Shown here: one piece after another, positions 25,501 to 45,881 of the stretch
How positions within the stretch are numbered: the stretch's first letter is position 1
How the letters are laid out: every line of letters starts with the position of its first letter
Source: Chrysomallon squamiferum
Lineage: Eukaryota; Animalia; Mollusca
Assembly (NCBI GenBank): GCA_012295275.1
Contig: CM022670.1
Coordinates: 40,300,001 to 40,364,000 of the forward strand
Direction: 5' to 3'
Length of the DNA: 64,000 bases
Notes under the pieces: model-generated
Database searches by the model: none
The model's input: the letters and a program-made list of their open reading frames with translations, nothing else
Told to the model about the DNA's origin: nothing
Made by a program: the position numbers and the translations under genes

Positions 25501-28500
25501 CTCTGTAATCAAGGAGACTCAGCAGACAAGCCTGTTAAACTGACCAAGGAAGCTGGTGCTGCTTTTGCTGACAAGATTCGACATGACTATTACGTTCACC
25601 TGTAAGATATTACATTACACATCCAGCCTTTCAACAAAATTGTTTTCTATACAAAAGAAGCCTTAAGTTGCATGTTTTGAAGTTAATGAACATGATTATC
25701 ACAAGGCAGTATCTCGAGAAAAATATAGTTTATTTTCATAAAGAAAAAAGAATACAGATAAGAAGTATTTTGAAAAATATCAAGCTGCTAGAAAGATTGA
25801 AAAGTGTGGTGTTTGTTACTACTGTTGTTTAACATAATGTTGTTTTAATTATTGATATAACAATGGTTTTAATTAGAGTAGAATCATAAATGATCAGGGA
25901 GAGGGTTGTTTTTGTTTATTTGTTTCAGAGTTCAGATATGTGTTGCATGTTTTTAACTTTCTTAAACAGGTCATCAGTCACTTTTTAAACATATTTCTTT
26001 TTTGTTTTATTATCAGGATTGTGGATAATCTGCCATGTGCCACCAAGTACAAATTGCTGGAAAGCAACGAACCACAGTACGAGCACGGCTACAAGCTAGG
26101 ATTTGTGTCTGGAAACGATGTAAGTAATAAACACGTCTGTTTTTAAATTACTGCAGTATTAAACATGTTAAACAAGTTCAGTGTGGAGCAAAGTCTGAAT
26201 CAGTTCTTTACGCTTGAGAGGACACATGATTTATCCTCTCTTTATTGCCAATCGAAAATTGTTGTCTGTATCCTTAGAGATGGTGTGAATAAAAAAAAAT
26301 TTGCTGTTAATAAGAGTAGTTCAGATATTGTTATTTAAAATTATCCTTAAATATTCATTCATCTTTCATTCTTTCTCCCCATCTGATGAAAATAATTACA
26401 GTGTTAAATGTGAAAATAGTAATAAATTTAAATTTCTCTTCTCTCATGATATTCAGCATGATTTTATATCTAGATACTGAAAAATGTATCTCATTCTTGA
26501 GATGAGTACAGTTACAGTGAAACTGGCTGGTATGTTTTTAACATTTAAAGTAACAGTGATATTTAAAGGTTTAATAATTATAATAATAATTTTTTTTCTC
26601 TCTCTCCTCAGGTATTTTGAATAATCATCTCAAGTTGATTCTAAAATATCATACAGATGATAAGTAAATACATTTATTTAATTTTTTAATTAAAAAAACC
26701 CAACAGATGCTTCTTTAAATTTTGTATTGAAATTTCTTAATAACATCCATAATTCAGTCCATAATCCATATTGAGATCAATAGTGTTTCATTAATTTAAT
26801 TTTAATTTTTTTTATTTATTGTTTTGTTTTGTTTGCATTTGTGTTTGTGTTTTTGCTTTTAAATCCTTGAGATTTATGCTTTGAGAATCAGCAATGTATA
26901 GAACATTTTTTAATGGTTGATAGTGATTTATTTTTGAAAATTTATTTCAATAAATGTTATTACAAAAATATTTTCTGCCTTTCAGTATAGACTTCAGAGT
27001 GGTTGGATTTGAAGTTGCACCTAAAAGGTATTTTTGTTTTGATTTCTTTTTGTTCCTTAAACAAATGAAAATAAAAACCAAGTGTTTACAAGAACAGACA
27101 AATAAGTGTTGAAAATTATTTATATCAATCCATAATTAATTAATTATTTTCATTCTTCCTAACTACCATTTCAGTCTATATAGTGTTCCTTCAGGGACAA
27201 AAAGGGATGTAAAATGTGACATTTTAACAAGTATTTCACATTTTCTGTTATTTTCATTAACATTTATGCTACATTGTTGTTTTGCATACACAAGAAAATA
27301 CTGAAAAAACCCATTCTGTTTGTCATTTAGAATTTCATTTAATTTTTATTTTTTATTTTTTTATTGACAGTTTTAACATGAAAGATATAAAAGTTGACAA
27401 AGAAGGAAAATGTTCTGTGAAAACTGACAACAAGATTCCACCACAAAAAATAAATCTGGAAGGTGAAATCTTTTAAACATTATCTGAAGTTTAGCATTAG
27501 ATCATGTTTTTTTTTTTTTTTTTTTTTTTTTTTCCATTCTTTTGAATTAAATTTAATGTTTATGTGTACATTATTTATTTATATTTTCATATATATTCAT
27601 GTTTATTTTATTTTCATCAAATATATAAATTGTAATTTTTGCAATGGTATAATATCAAGTTTTGTATCAGTTCATTATCATTTAAGTATTATTTGTTAAG
27701 TATTCCAAAAATGTTGAATAATTATTTACTGGTATCTTCTTTGAGGAACATATTCTGTTCATTTCCTTTTTTGGATTTTAAAATGATTTGAGGAAGATAA
27801 GTGTACTATAAACAAACATTGTGACAGAATTATCTTCAGGTTTGCAAATTATATTTAAATTGTTTTGTTTTCAAAAGGTCAAGAATTTTTGCAATATTCA
27901 GAATAGATACATTTTCATGTTTAACATACATTTTTAGTTGTGTGTATAATGTTGATAGGTCTTGTTTTAATCAACAAAATGTTTAAATTTTCAGGTACAA
28001 CGGAAGTTCTGTTCACGTACGAAGTGTCGTGGGAGGAGAGTGCGATGAGGTGGGTGTCGCGCTGGGACACGTATCTGCAGATGAGCGATGTTCAGATTCA
28101 CTGGTTCTCCATCATCAACTCCGTTGTCGTTGTGTTCTTTCTTTCCGGTAATTTTTTACAAATTTCAAAAACATAACGTTTTCCATTTTCCTTGATTTTG
28201 TTTCACAAAATATTTTATCTCATATAATATGTTAAGTATATTTTTGAAATGTCTAATTTTCCAAGTCAGTAATGTAGTAGAATGGGAGTTTAAATTATGA
28301 CAATTTTTTAGTAATGTATGTGGTTAAAAATGTTAAGTTATCAACCAATACATCTGTTACGGTTTACATAAAAGGCAAGCAAATAAATTTTTAAGAAAGT
28401 CCACTAACTTTAAAAAGATTTTATTTTATGTTGCATCTGCAAATTCATTTAGCTATATACATATATACACATATACTCTCAAGCATTTTAATTTAGTGAG

Positions 28501-31500
28501 TTATAGTTTGTTATTTAAAAATAATTCTTTCTGAATTTCAAATATTCCTAATTTGAATGTTTTTGAATGAATGACAGGAATCTTGACTATGATAATGGTG
28601 CGAACTTTACGAAGAGACATTGCCAAATACAATAAAGATGATGACATTGTAAGTTTAAAACATCTGAAGACCTTTCATTTTTAAAAAAAAATTTATTGAC
28701 TTGTTTTAAGTTAATTTTTTTTTCATTTTTCATTTTTTAATTTATTTATCTTTTATAAATATGTTTAAATTATTATGAGGTTTATTTTGAATTATTATAT
28801 ATCTTATTTTCAATGAATGTAAAAGTTTTCATTGGTTTTAAAATTTAACGAAAAAAATTATCAGCTATTATGCTTTTATCAGATTGTTTTCTTTTCCTTG
28901 TCTTCTTAACTTGATAATGTTGAAACTGTATATTGGTTAAAGTTACTGAAATAGATGCTTTATTTTATTATTAATAATGATAAAAATGTCAAAGGATTAA
29001 CTGTATCAAAATGAGTTAATAGTGAAAGTTCTGGTTTATGTTTTAGGATGAGACTATTGAGGAGACAGGCTGGAAGTTGGTTCATGGTGATGTGTTCAGA
29101 CCACCGAGGTTCTCCAAGCTTCTCACTTCACTTATTGGAGCTGGCATGCAGATACTGTTTATGGCTATCATCACAATCTGTAAGAACTGCTTCACCTTTT
29201 TTCATTTCTCAGATATTCATAACCAAAACTTTGAAAATACAACATAATTAATCATAGTCCAAAAACTAGTGTGAATAAAACACTTAATAATATCCTTATA
29301 ATTTTAAATATTTTTTGAGAGGATCTTTTTTTTTTCTTTTTTTTTTTTCGTCATTTTTTCTCAAATGTTTAAATTTGTAATAATTTGTTTTTTATATTTC
29401 CTGTTTTTAAAGATTTGATCAAAATTTAACAGCACACAGTTTTAATTGCACATACACAAACATCATGTTGCAGTTTTTGCCATGCTTGGGATGTTGTCAC
29501 CTTCATCAAGAGGTTCTCTGATGACAGCCGCCATTTTCCTCTTCATGTTCATGGGGTAAGACATGGCTATATCAGTAGAACTAGTAGATTCATAAACTGT
29601 GCATGACTGCATTCAGGTCAGAATGTTAAATAGAAGAAATTTAGAAGATGTACAATGATTTTCTTTTCCATGTGTGTGTGTGTCTGTAACATTTTTCCTT
29701 TCTTGTTCTCTGTCAGTCACTTTGGAAAAATGTATTTTAATATGTTAAATTCATTTAATAAATAATTTTATATATTTCTACAATCATTCTTTGCAGTCTT
29801 TTGTTTTTAAGTTATAAAAAAAAAAAGTAGTGTTAATATGTATACAACACACACACACACACAAAAACAAGAATAGAAATATATTTTAATATTATTTTAT
29901 TTTTGTTTACTTTCTAACAGTTTGTTTGCTGGGTATTTTGCTGCCAGACTTTATAGAACAATGAAAGGTGTTCAATGGAAAAAGGCTGCATTCCAGGTAA
30001 AAAGAAAATGTTTCTTAATACAGTTTCAGTTGCTTGCTTGTTTAACACTCACAGTAGTTTTATACTTTTAATTATTTCTGCAACATATCATAAATATTGA
30101 AACATATTTGTACATTTGTTTGAAAGTTAAAACTGAATAATCCAAACCTGCATTATTATTTTACAGATTTGATTAAAGTTCTGAATTCTCCAAGCTTATC
30201 CTAGACCTTGTTAAAATAATTCATTATTTCATTTTGATTTTGATCAGAGGTTGACCATACCTACTTTTTCAAATCCCATAAACAAATGTTCCATTTTTCT
30301 TCAAGTAAATGCTTTAAGATTTAAATTTGAAGTTAAGCCCATTTGCTTCCTTTGAAGGCTTCTACCATATTAGGAATTGGTAAAAATTGGCCTCACATTT
30401 CTTTTCAAGATGGTGTGAGTGCTTAAAAACAGACAAACTGTTAATGTACATTCTGTTTTTAATGTGTGTAATTTTCTATTTCTTTCAGACAGCCACAGTG
30501 TATCCTAGTTTAATATTTGGAATCACGTTTATTCTGAACTTCTTTGTGTGGGGAAAACAGTCATCTGGAGCTGTGAGTCGATTTCTTCTTTCCTCAGCTT
30601 TGGCCTGCAGAATTACAGATTCATGAATACTGATAAATAAAAAAAACATTCAGTTCTAAATTATTAACAGATTGAACCATCTAACATATGAAACTACAGC
30701 AGTGCATGCAAGAGAAAAATATTCACGTGTCAGCACATTTTAACAGATATCTTTAAATTATCTAAGCCTTCAGAACATATAACAGATTTTTAAAATTATT
30801 CTTTGTTGGTTAAAAAAATTAAAACAAATACATGTGTGTATGTCAGTTTTAAGACATTTGTAGTCTGTTTGGGTATCTTTGAAACATAGTTTTATTTTTA
30901 CAATGTTGTTTTCCAGGTTCCTTTTACCACAATGCTTGCTCTGCTGTGTATGTGGTTTGGAATATCACTGCCTCTCGTGTTCATCGGTTTTTACTTTGGA
31001 TTCAGAAAACAAGTAGGTTTTTCTTTTTTTTCAATCTTTTTTTTTTTTTTTTTTTTTTATCTTTATTTAAACATGTTCTTTCAGTGATACAACTGATCCA
31101 TTTATATTAGGTTGTACTTTAGAAACTATGGTTTAAATTAATTTAACATTACCAGTGAAATCTCTTAACATATGCAAGTTATTATTGTTTCAATACTTTT
31201 CTGTTTTCTAGCCCTATGAACATCCTGTAAGGACTAACCAAATTCCACGACAAGTTCCAGAACAAACTTGGTACATGAATCCTTTCTTAGGGTAAGTTTA
31301 GTTACAACAACTATTTCAGAGTTAAAATATAGTGTCATAAATATATTACTTTAGTGTTTATAATTGTCGCTAGTTATGAGTGTTACTAAGAGTTCACAAT
31401 TTGAAATAGTTTTGTTTCAGTTTTATTTTCAGTTTCTAACTTAATAAAATGATGAAGAATTGTATTTGATAATTTCAGAACAATAATGGCTGGAATTCTT

Positions 31501-33436
31501 CCCTTTGGTGCCATGTTTATAGAACTCTTTTTCATCTTCACTGTAAGTGTTTTATTTTTAAATTTATTTTTATTTTATTTTTTAATCTTTTTTTATTGAT
31601 TTTTCATTTTCTATTCATAATTGCATATGATTTTCTTTATTTTAATTTTTTTATTTTTTTTTTTTCAGTCATTTTAAATTCATTTCATTCTTAATTACTA
31701 AACAATTTTTTAAAGAAAAAGAAGATATTTCATTAATGTGGCATCTGCATTTATAAATATTTTAAACTTCAAGGAATGTTAAATAATGTTTTGTCCATCC
31801 AACCTGGATCCTTGACTTTGTTCTGGCTCATTTATCAAAAGTTCAGTTTTTAATGCTTTCTCTTTTTTTAACTTTATTTTTATTTTTTATATTTTATTTA
31901 TTTTTTTATTATTATTATTTTTATTTTTATTTTTATTTTTTTTTTATATGGATTTTTGATGATTGATTTTACTTTATTGATGTTTTACAAAACCAAATTC
32001 ATAGACAGAATTTAGCTTGATGAATTGTAGACTGGCTGTTAAGTGAAAACTAACTTTAACAATAACGTGCCACGTTCTGTTTAAATACACAGTTTTGTTT
32101 CAAGTTTTATCATCTCTCTGTTGCAGGCTATCTGGGAGAACCAGTTCTATTATCTGTTTGGATTCCTCTTCCTTGTATTCATTATTCTCATAGTGTCTGT
32201 GTCACAGATTGCAGTTGTCATGGTGTACTTTCAATTGTGTGGAGAGGTGGGTAGTCATAGTAACTGAAATATGAGTTTTAAATAATTTGTTTCCATTTTG
32301 TGTTATTTAAAACAGACCACTACGAACAAATTACCTTAATACTTTTTCCTTATTTCTAAATGGGTTGTTTTGTTTTATTTATTTTTAAATCTGTATACCA
32401 AACTTTTACAAGCAAGAATTGAATGTAAAATAGCGAAGTCAATAAAAATCCTTAAAGGATGCAGTAAATTACATTATGTACAGAATGTTTTTTCTTGTTT
32501 TGTTCACAAGTGTGTAAAATGGATTAAAGATGAGACGTGGTTGTTGTTTCAGGATTATCACTGGTGGTGGAGGTCGTTTGTTGTGTCTGGTGGATCAGCA
32601 CTTTACATCTTTGCTTACTCTATATTCTACTTCATTACTAAGGTGAGTTAGTCTTACAGTATTTTGTTTAACAGAAGAGAACTTTGTTACCAGAGTCTTT
32701 TGTTTGTTTTATAAAGTTCCTGCAGTGTCTTTTTCTAGTTTTTATCGTACCGTTATGATGATTTGTCATTTGACATGTTATAGAGATCATGAGATGTAAT
32801 AATATGTATTGAATGTATGAAAAAAATAGAAAAATTGTATTTTATTGAAGTATTTTTTATTATTATTACTACTACTACTACTGTTGTTGTTGTTGTTTTG
32901 TTAGGTTTTATCTGTTAGCTTTGTTCTTAAAAATCAACAGAATCGTAAATGCTTTGCATTAACGTTTTAATTATTTTAAATATTATGTAATTTTTACATG
33001 TATATGTTTACGTTATTATTTAATGTTTTATTTTTATTTTTAATTTTAAATATTATCATCCCACATTTGCATTAATTTTTATTTATGTATTTATGTAATT
33101 TTTACATGTATATGTTTACGTATTATTTAATGTTTTATTTTTATTTTTAATCTATTTTGTTTACAGCTTGAAATCACTGAGTTCATCCCACATTTGCATT
33201 AATTTTTTATTTATGTATTTATATAATTTTTACAATCGTATGTTTACATATTATTTAATGTTTTATTTTTAATCTATTATGTTACAGCTTGAAATCACTG
33301 AGTTCATCCCATCGCTGCTGTACCTGGGCTACACGATGCTCATTGTGATAACATTCTGGATCCTCACTGGAACCATTGGTTTTATGCTGCTTACTGGTTC
33401 ATCAGAAAGATTTACAGTGCTATTAAAATAGATTAA
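22517..33436 (+). CDS. TM9SF4: Transmembrane 9 superfamily member 4 (nonaspanin), ~629 aa after correcting two 1-nt frameshifts
   Basis: Exons 22517-22528, 23650-23757, 24515-24617, 25120-25163, 25468-25601, 26017-26119, 26612-26663, 26986-27027, 27371-27462, 27995-28147, 28578-28648, 29047-29179, 29474-29555, 29921-29996, 30489-30572, 30917-31012, 31212-31291, 31479-31542, 32127-32246, 32553-32642, 33288-33436. Motifs [101 protein letters not shown] and terminal KIYSAIKID*. One T appears to be missing at 26615-26618 and at 33380-33383. Confidence 0.93.
32984..33311. repeat. ~125-bp tandem duplication spanning the last TM9SF4 3' splice site
   Basis: TCATCCCACATTTGCATTAATTTTT...TTACAGCTTGAAATCACTGAGT is repeated. 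The acceptor plus exon start occurs at both 33167 and 33288. Confidence 0.9.
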
Positions 33437-36400
33437 TGAACATGATGGTTTTAAATGACGTTGCATGCTAGGAATTTAATTATGAATGAGTGAAATGTGA
33501 GTCATACCTTTTATCCTTAGTTTTAAGAAATCCCTGTTAAATCAGGCAGGATTATTCTTCAAGAAAGATTTTAATCTGGCTTGGGGTGTTCTTTTTATTT
33601 TCCTGATTGTTTTTTTTTTTTTTTTTTTTTTTTTTGTCCAGTTTCAAAAGTAGAAAAAAGAAACAGGGGCTAATAATAGAAAATATATCTCAGTTTATTA
33701 CTTTAGATTTGCATTTAATGTTATTTAATGTTGTTTTGGGGTTAAATTTTTTTTTTTTTCTAATTCTAGATAAATCGACACATATTAGTGGGTTGTTTTT
33801 TTATCATGTACTCATTATTTATATCATTTCTTGAACTGTTTCTTCTTTTCTTAAGAAGTTAATTGTTACGTTTTTAAATATATATATATATATTATGTGT
33901 ATTTTTTCATTCTTTTTTCATTAAATTTGTAAATTATCAAAATAGCCTTTCAGTAAACATTTGTATTAAGAAAGTGCTAGTCTTGTTGTGTTATAACATT
34001 GAAGATTAACATTGTTAAAATCTAACAAAAAGAAACTACTAATAATAGGAAGACTTTACAGCTGAAAGTAAAAACCAGATTAGCATAATACATATGGAAA
34101 GTTGTAAGAAATATTGAACCGCATTATGTTAGTATATCTGATGTGGGATCTAACTAAGGTTATTTTTATTTGTGAAACACTACTGTTAGATGGTCTAATT
34201 ATGTTTTGTTTGGGATTGTACAGTTTTAAAAAAACTATTATACTGCTAGTAGACTTTTTTCAATGTTAATCTCAAAATTTCATCAGTAGTCATTTAAATT
34301 GTTTTAGTTTGATCCAAATGTCATTTTAAAGTTTTCGTTTGGATGGTATGTTCTTACTTAATTGTGTTATTACTGCTGTGTAAAGGATGACTTTGCAGTG
34401 TTGACAGACATTTGAGAGTTCAAGTACATTTCAAATGGAATTAGGGTTCATGCAGGATTCTCTCTCTTGACCTAAAAAAATATGTTTAACATTCTCTTCC
34501 CATGTACCATCCCTAAATTTGTGATGTTACAATTAAAACAATATATGTATATGTCAATAATATATGTATGCTCATACAGTATCATCAACAGTGGCTATTC
34601 TCAACTGTTCCCTTTGATCTACATTTAAGATTATTAATGGGTGATCTCTGACTTACATACAAGTGAAAAACTAGAAGTCTAAGTTTTATGTATGTAAAAT
34701 ATAAATAATAATTAAAAGAAGTGGTTTGTTTATTATTGCTATCATCAGTTTGCATCAGTTAATTTGTGTGTATATATATAGATATCTGCTGTCCTTAGTG
34801 GATACAAAGAGATATCCATTATTTCTGTAGATACTTCTTGTCATTTCCACTCTTTCTGTTTACTTCACTTCATTGATGTTAGCACTGAAAGATTCTACAA
34901 CAACCTTATTGCAGCATTTTTCTCATCAAAGCATTACAAAGAAAAGTGGCTATGGCATCTTGTACAAAAAGCAATAGAAAATTGTACAAAATGTTAACTG
35001 AAAAGTTCAATTGGTTCAGTTCATTAATTTGTAAATATATTTCATGGAATGTGTTGATTTCATTTTGTTCTTGATCACTATATATATATGTAAACAAACC
35101 ACTGATTATGTATCCATTATAGTGAGTTAGTGCTTATGTGCATCTCTACATTTTACAGCAGATAGTTAAATCACGTTATCAGTTTAGTTTATTCAGGTTT
35201 GTTTCTCTGTGTTTTATTTCAAATGTTGTTAACCACTAAAATTAGATTATACAGTGGTAAGACTTAAAATTAAATATTAGTGTTTAACTTTGTTTTCTTC
35301 AAAACATTTTTCATCTTTAATCATCAGTATTTTTCAGTTTCAGCAGCTTGTATATTTCTGTATCTTAGATTGTATTTAAAGATCTTTGTTCAGCTTTGAC
35401 ATCCATTATTGTATGATAATGTTCTACACTAAATATATATATATATATATAGATATAGATATAAACGGTAAGATAGTTAATGTAAATATTGTTATTTATT
35501 TAATAGTCCAACACAGAGTAACACAGAAAATATATTCTCTAATTAGAATTGTGCTGACCCAAAATCTATATCGTCTTAGCAAAACGATATGAGATTTGAA
35601 GCATATCGGAGTAAATTTTTGTTTTCCAACTTGCTATTTTTAATTTACTGTTAATTACCCATCAAGATAATCTTTTAAAAAAAAAAAAAAAAAAAAAAGG
35701 AATCGTTTAATTTTTACAAGTTGTTAATATGGTTTAAGAATGTAAATATTTTACTAGTTATTTACTTCGATTGTTGCTGTTGAAAAGTCATACTTTCAAT
35801 GAGACAAATTTTACTGAAAAATGTTTTAATTTTATCATGACATCAGATAAAAGGAAACATGGTTTATTAATAAATTCAATAGATATTATTATTCACAAAA
35901 TTAAGGGAACAAAATTATGAGGTAATGATTGATAATATATAACAGGATGAGAAATGTGAACGTAAAAAATTCTTGGATTCTGTCAGATTTCGTAGCATAT
36001 GATAATCAGACTGTTGGAACATACTCTATTTTGACTGACTGAAGACAGATAAAGAAAAGTATGAATAGTTTGTTTTTCTCCCTCTGGATTGATGATAATT
36101 ACATTGGTGTAGAATCTGGTGTTTAAATGATTTACAATTCTTAACAGGAAAGGTTGTCTTTTTGTTTTTAGTGATGCATATTTAAGAATGTGAATTGATT
36201 AAGTCATAAAAATGTAACTTTAATAAAAAGAGTTAATAGTTATAGTACTTTTTTAATGTGGAAAGTGTACAAGTGAGGTACATTTTCAAATGTATAAAGT
36301 GAATCAGTGATGTATGTGTTTGAGTGTGAAATCGGTGATGTGTGGTTTCAAATGTTACATAAATTGATACCATTCTACTTTGCGAGCAAATTAATTCTGA

Positions 36401-36670
36401 ATACTGTTGTCTTGAATTTTGTGGTGAGTAAATCATTGATTATACAGTTCTGTTTGTGAGTATATCATTGATATACTCAGTCTGAATGTGGAGTGCTGAA
36501 TCTTCGACCTGTCATTCTGAATGTGATTAATGAAACCAGTTTTTATGTGTTAACTGATGATGATATGTATGGCATCTCAGTTGTTGAAATTCTGTCTTGA
36601 ATTTGGGAAATGTACTTTTATCTAGCAAATTGTTTTTATGCTTCACTTTATTGATTTGAATGAACCTTTT

Positions 36671-36705
<35 letters not shown>

Positions 36706-37567
36706 TGGATATTTTACTTGATTAAACTGATTGTATACACGTATACCAAAAAAATAAGTGGTCCAGACACTGTTGAATAATGGGCAGGATGACTGTCATA
36801 TTGTTAGACTTGCTCCTTTACTAACAGAAAATGTTTCTGTGTTCACTGAATGTTGTGAAAATATTATAACCTCTATTTATTCTCGGTTGTTCCATTATTA
36901 TATCACAAATGGAACTGTTCTGTTATTTTGGCTATCATTATTTAACAATTATAATTTTTGTGTGCATTTGTGAGTAAAAAGAGAAAGGAAGAACTGTTTA
37001 AAATGAGAAAACAAGGTACATCGTTCTAAATGAGAAAATGAGATGATTTATGTGTCAGTTTAATTAATTATTATAGTGTTGATCTGTTTTATTCTCCTGC
37101 ATGACGGAAAAAAAAAAAAAATGATATGAAACAATAATGTTTTCATTTTATGGATGGAATTTGTAATAATATCTTCCTATATAGCACAATGCACAGTTAA
37201 TTATTGTATACTCTTGTAGATATGAGGTATTATTCTTTCAGTTTGTTGTATACATTGTTGGCTACAAAGAGGGAAATAAAACTTGTATTTTTATATAGAT
37301 TTGTTTTTATTGTTTTATTAAACAGGTATTTATGCTTCCTTTATAATTTTAACAGATATTATCTAGTCCTGCAGAAGTAAAAAAAAAAAATTGAAAAAAT
37401 AATTTCCATTGTTAAATTACAAAAACATCAGCCAAAGCAATATTTAAATTATATTTTTAATAGACTGACTATCTGGTTGCCAGTATCACTTTCCTGATCA
37501 TAAAGATGTAATCTATTACAAATGGAAATCATGAAGAAACTTTATTTTCAGTTGTGTTCAGTATGTA

Positions 37568-45188
<7,621 letters not shown>

Positions 45189-45632
45189 GTTGAGCACATT
45201 GACAATTATTTTTACTTTACATGTTAAAGCGGATCCTTATTCAGATTCAGTCTATGATATATAAACCAAAGTAATACTAATTTAAAAGCATTTTAAATAC
45301 CAAATCCACATGAAAATTGATGCAAAATATATTTGAACGTTGTTGTTTATTTGTTTTATTTTTTGTTAATTGTCGGAGTACTAGTTTATTCTTTTACGAG
45401 ATTGTTATTATTTTTATTTAATGAGCCAGTCGGTCGTCACATAGTGTTTATAGTACAAACTAAAAATAAATTTTTACCGAGCTGACGTAAACCAGTGAAT
45501 TTGTTTATTATTTCCGGGGATAAACGAAATATGGCATGACATGTTTTTTAATTTTGAATACGCACTTTAGTATTTTTTACAGAAATATTCAAAGTTTCCG
45601 AACATCAGTTTTGTAAAAGATATACGAAAAGT

Positions 45633-45881
45633 ATGTATTGTTTGCAGTGGCTTATTCCCGTTCTTTTAATACCAAAGCCTCTGAATCCAGCTTTTATTTA
45701 CAATCATGCCATGTTTATTGTACTCTATCTGACAAGTTTTTTTCTAGTAAGAAAACCTTGCACTATTTGTAGCATTGTGTTTCTCGCTGCGGTGTGTCTT
45801 ATATGCTATAGTTGTGTTGGAAACTGTATTCTATGGCACTGTTCGAAGGAGGAATGCGAAGGAGCAGGATGCCAAGACTGA
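45633..45881 (+). CDS. BLCAP: Bladder cancer-associated protein BLCAP/BC10, 82 aa, CDS in one exon
   Basis: [64 protein letters not shown] is the BC10 family signature. Probable 5'UTR intron acceptor TTTTTTACAG ends at 45582. Confidence 0.96.
   Translation: MYCLQWLIPVLLIPKPLNPAFIYNHAMFIVLYLTSFFLVRKPCTICSIVFLAAVCLICYSCVGNCILWHCSKEECEGAGCQD

Noticed and set aside
22517-33436. TM9SF4 as a pseudogene, or TGA at 26618 as selenocysteine
   Set aside because: Both lesions are single-T losses in T runs while all splice sites and motifs are intact. The sequence after the TGA is in the wrong frame, so read-through would not help.
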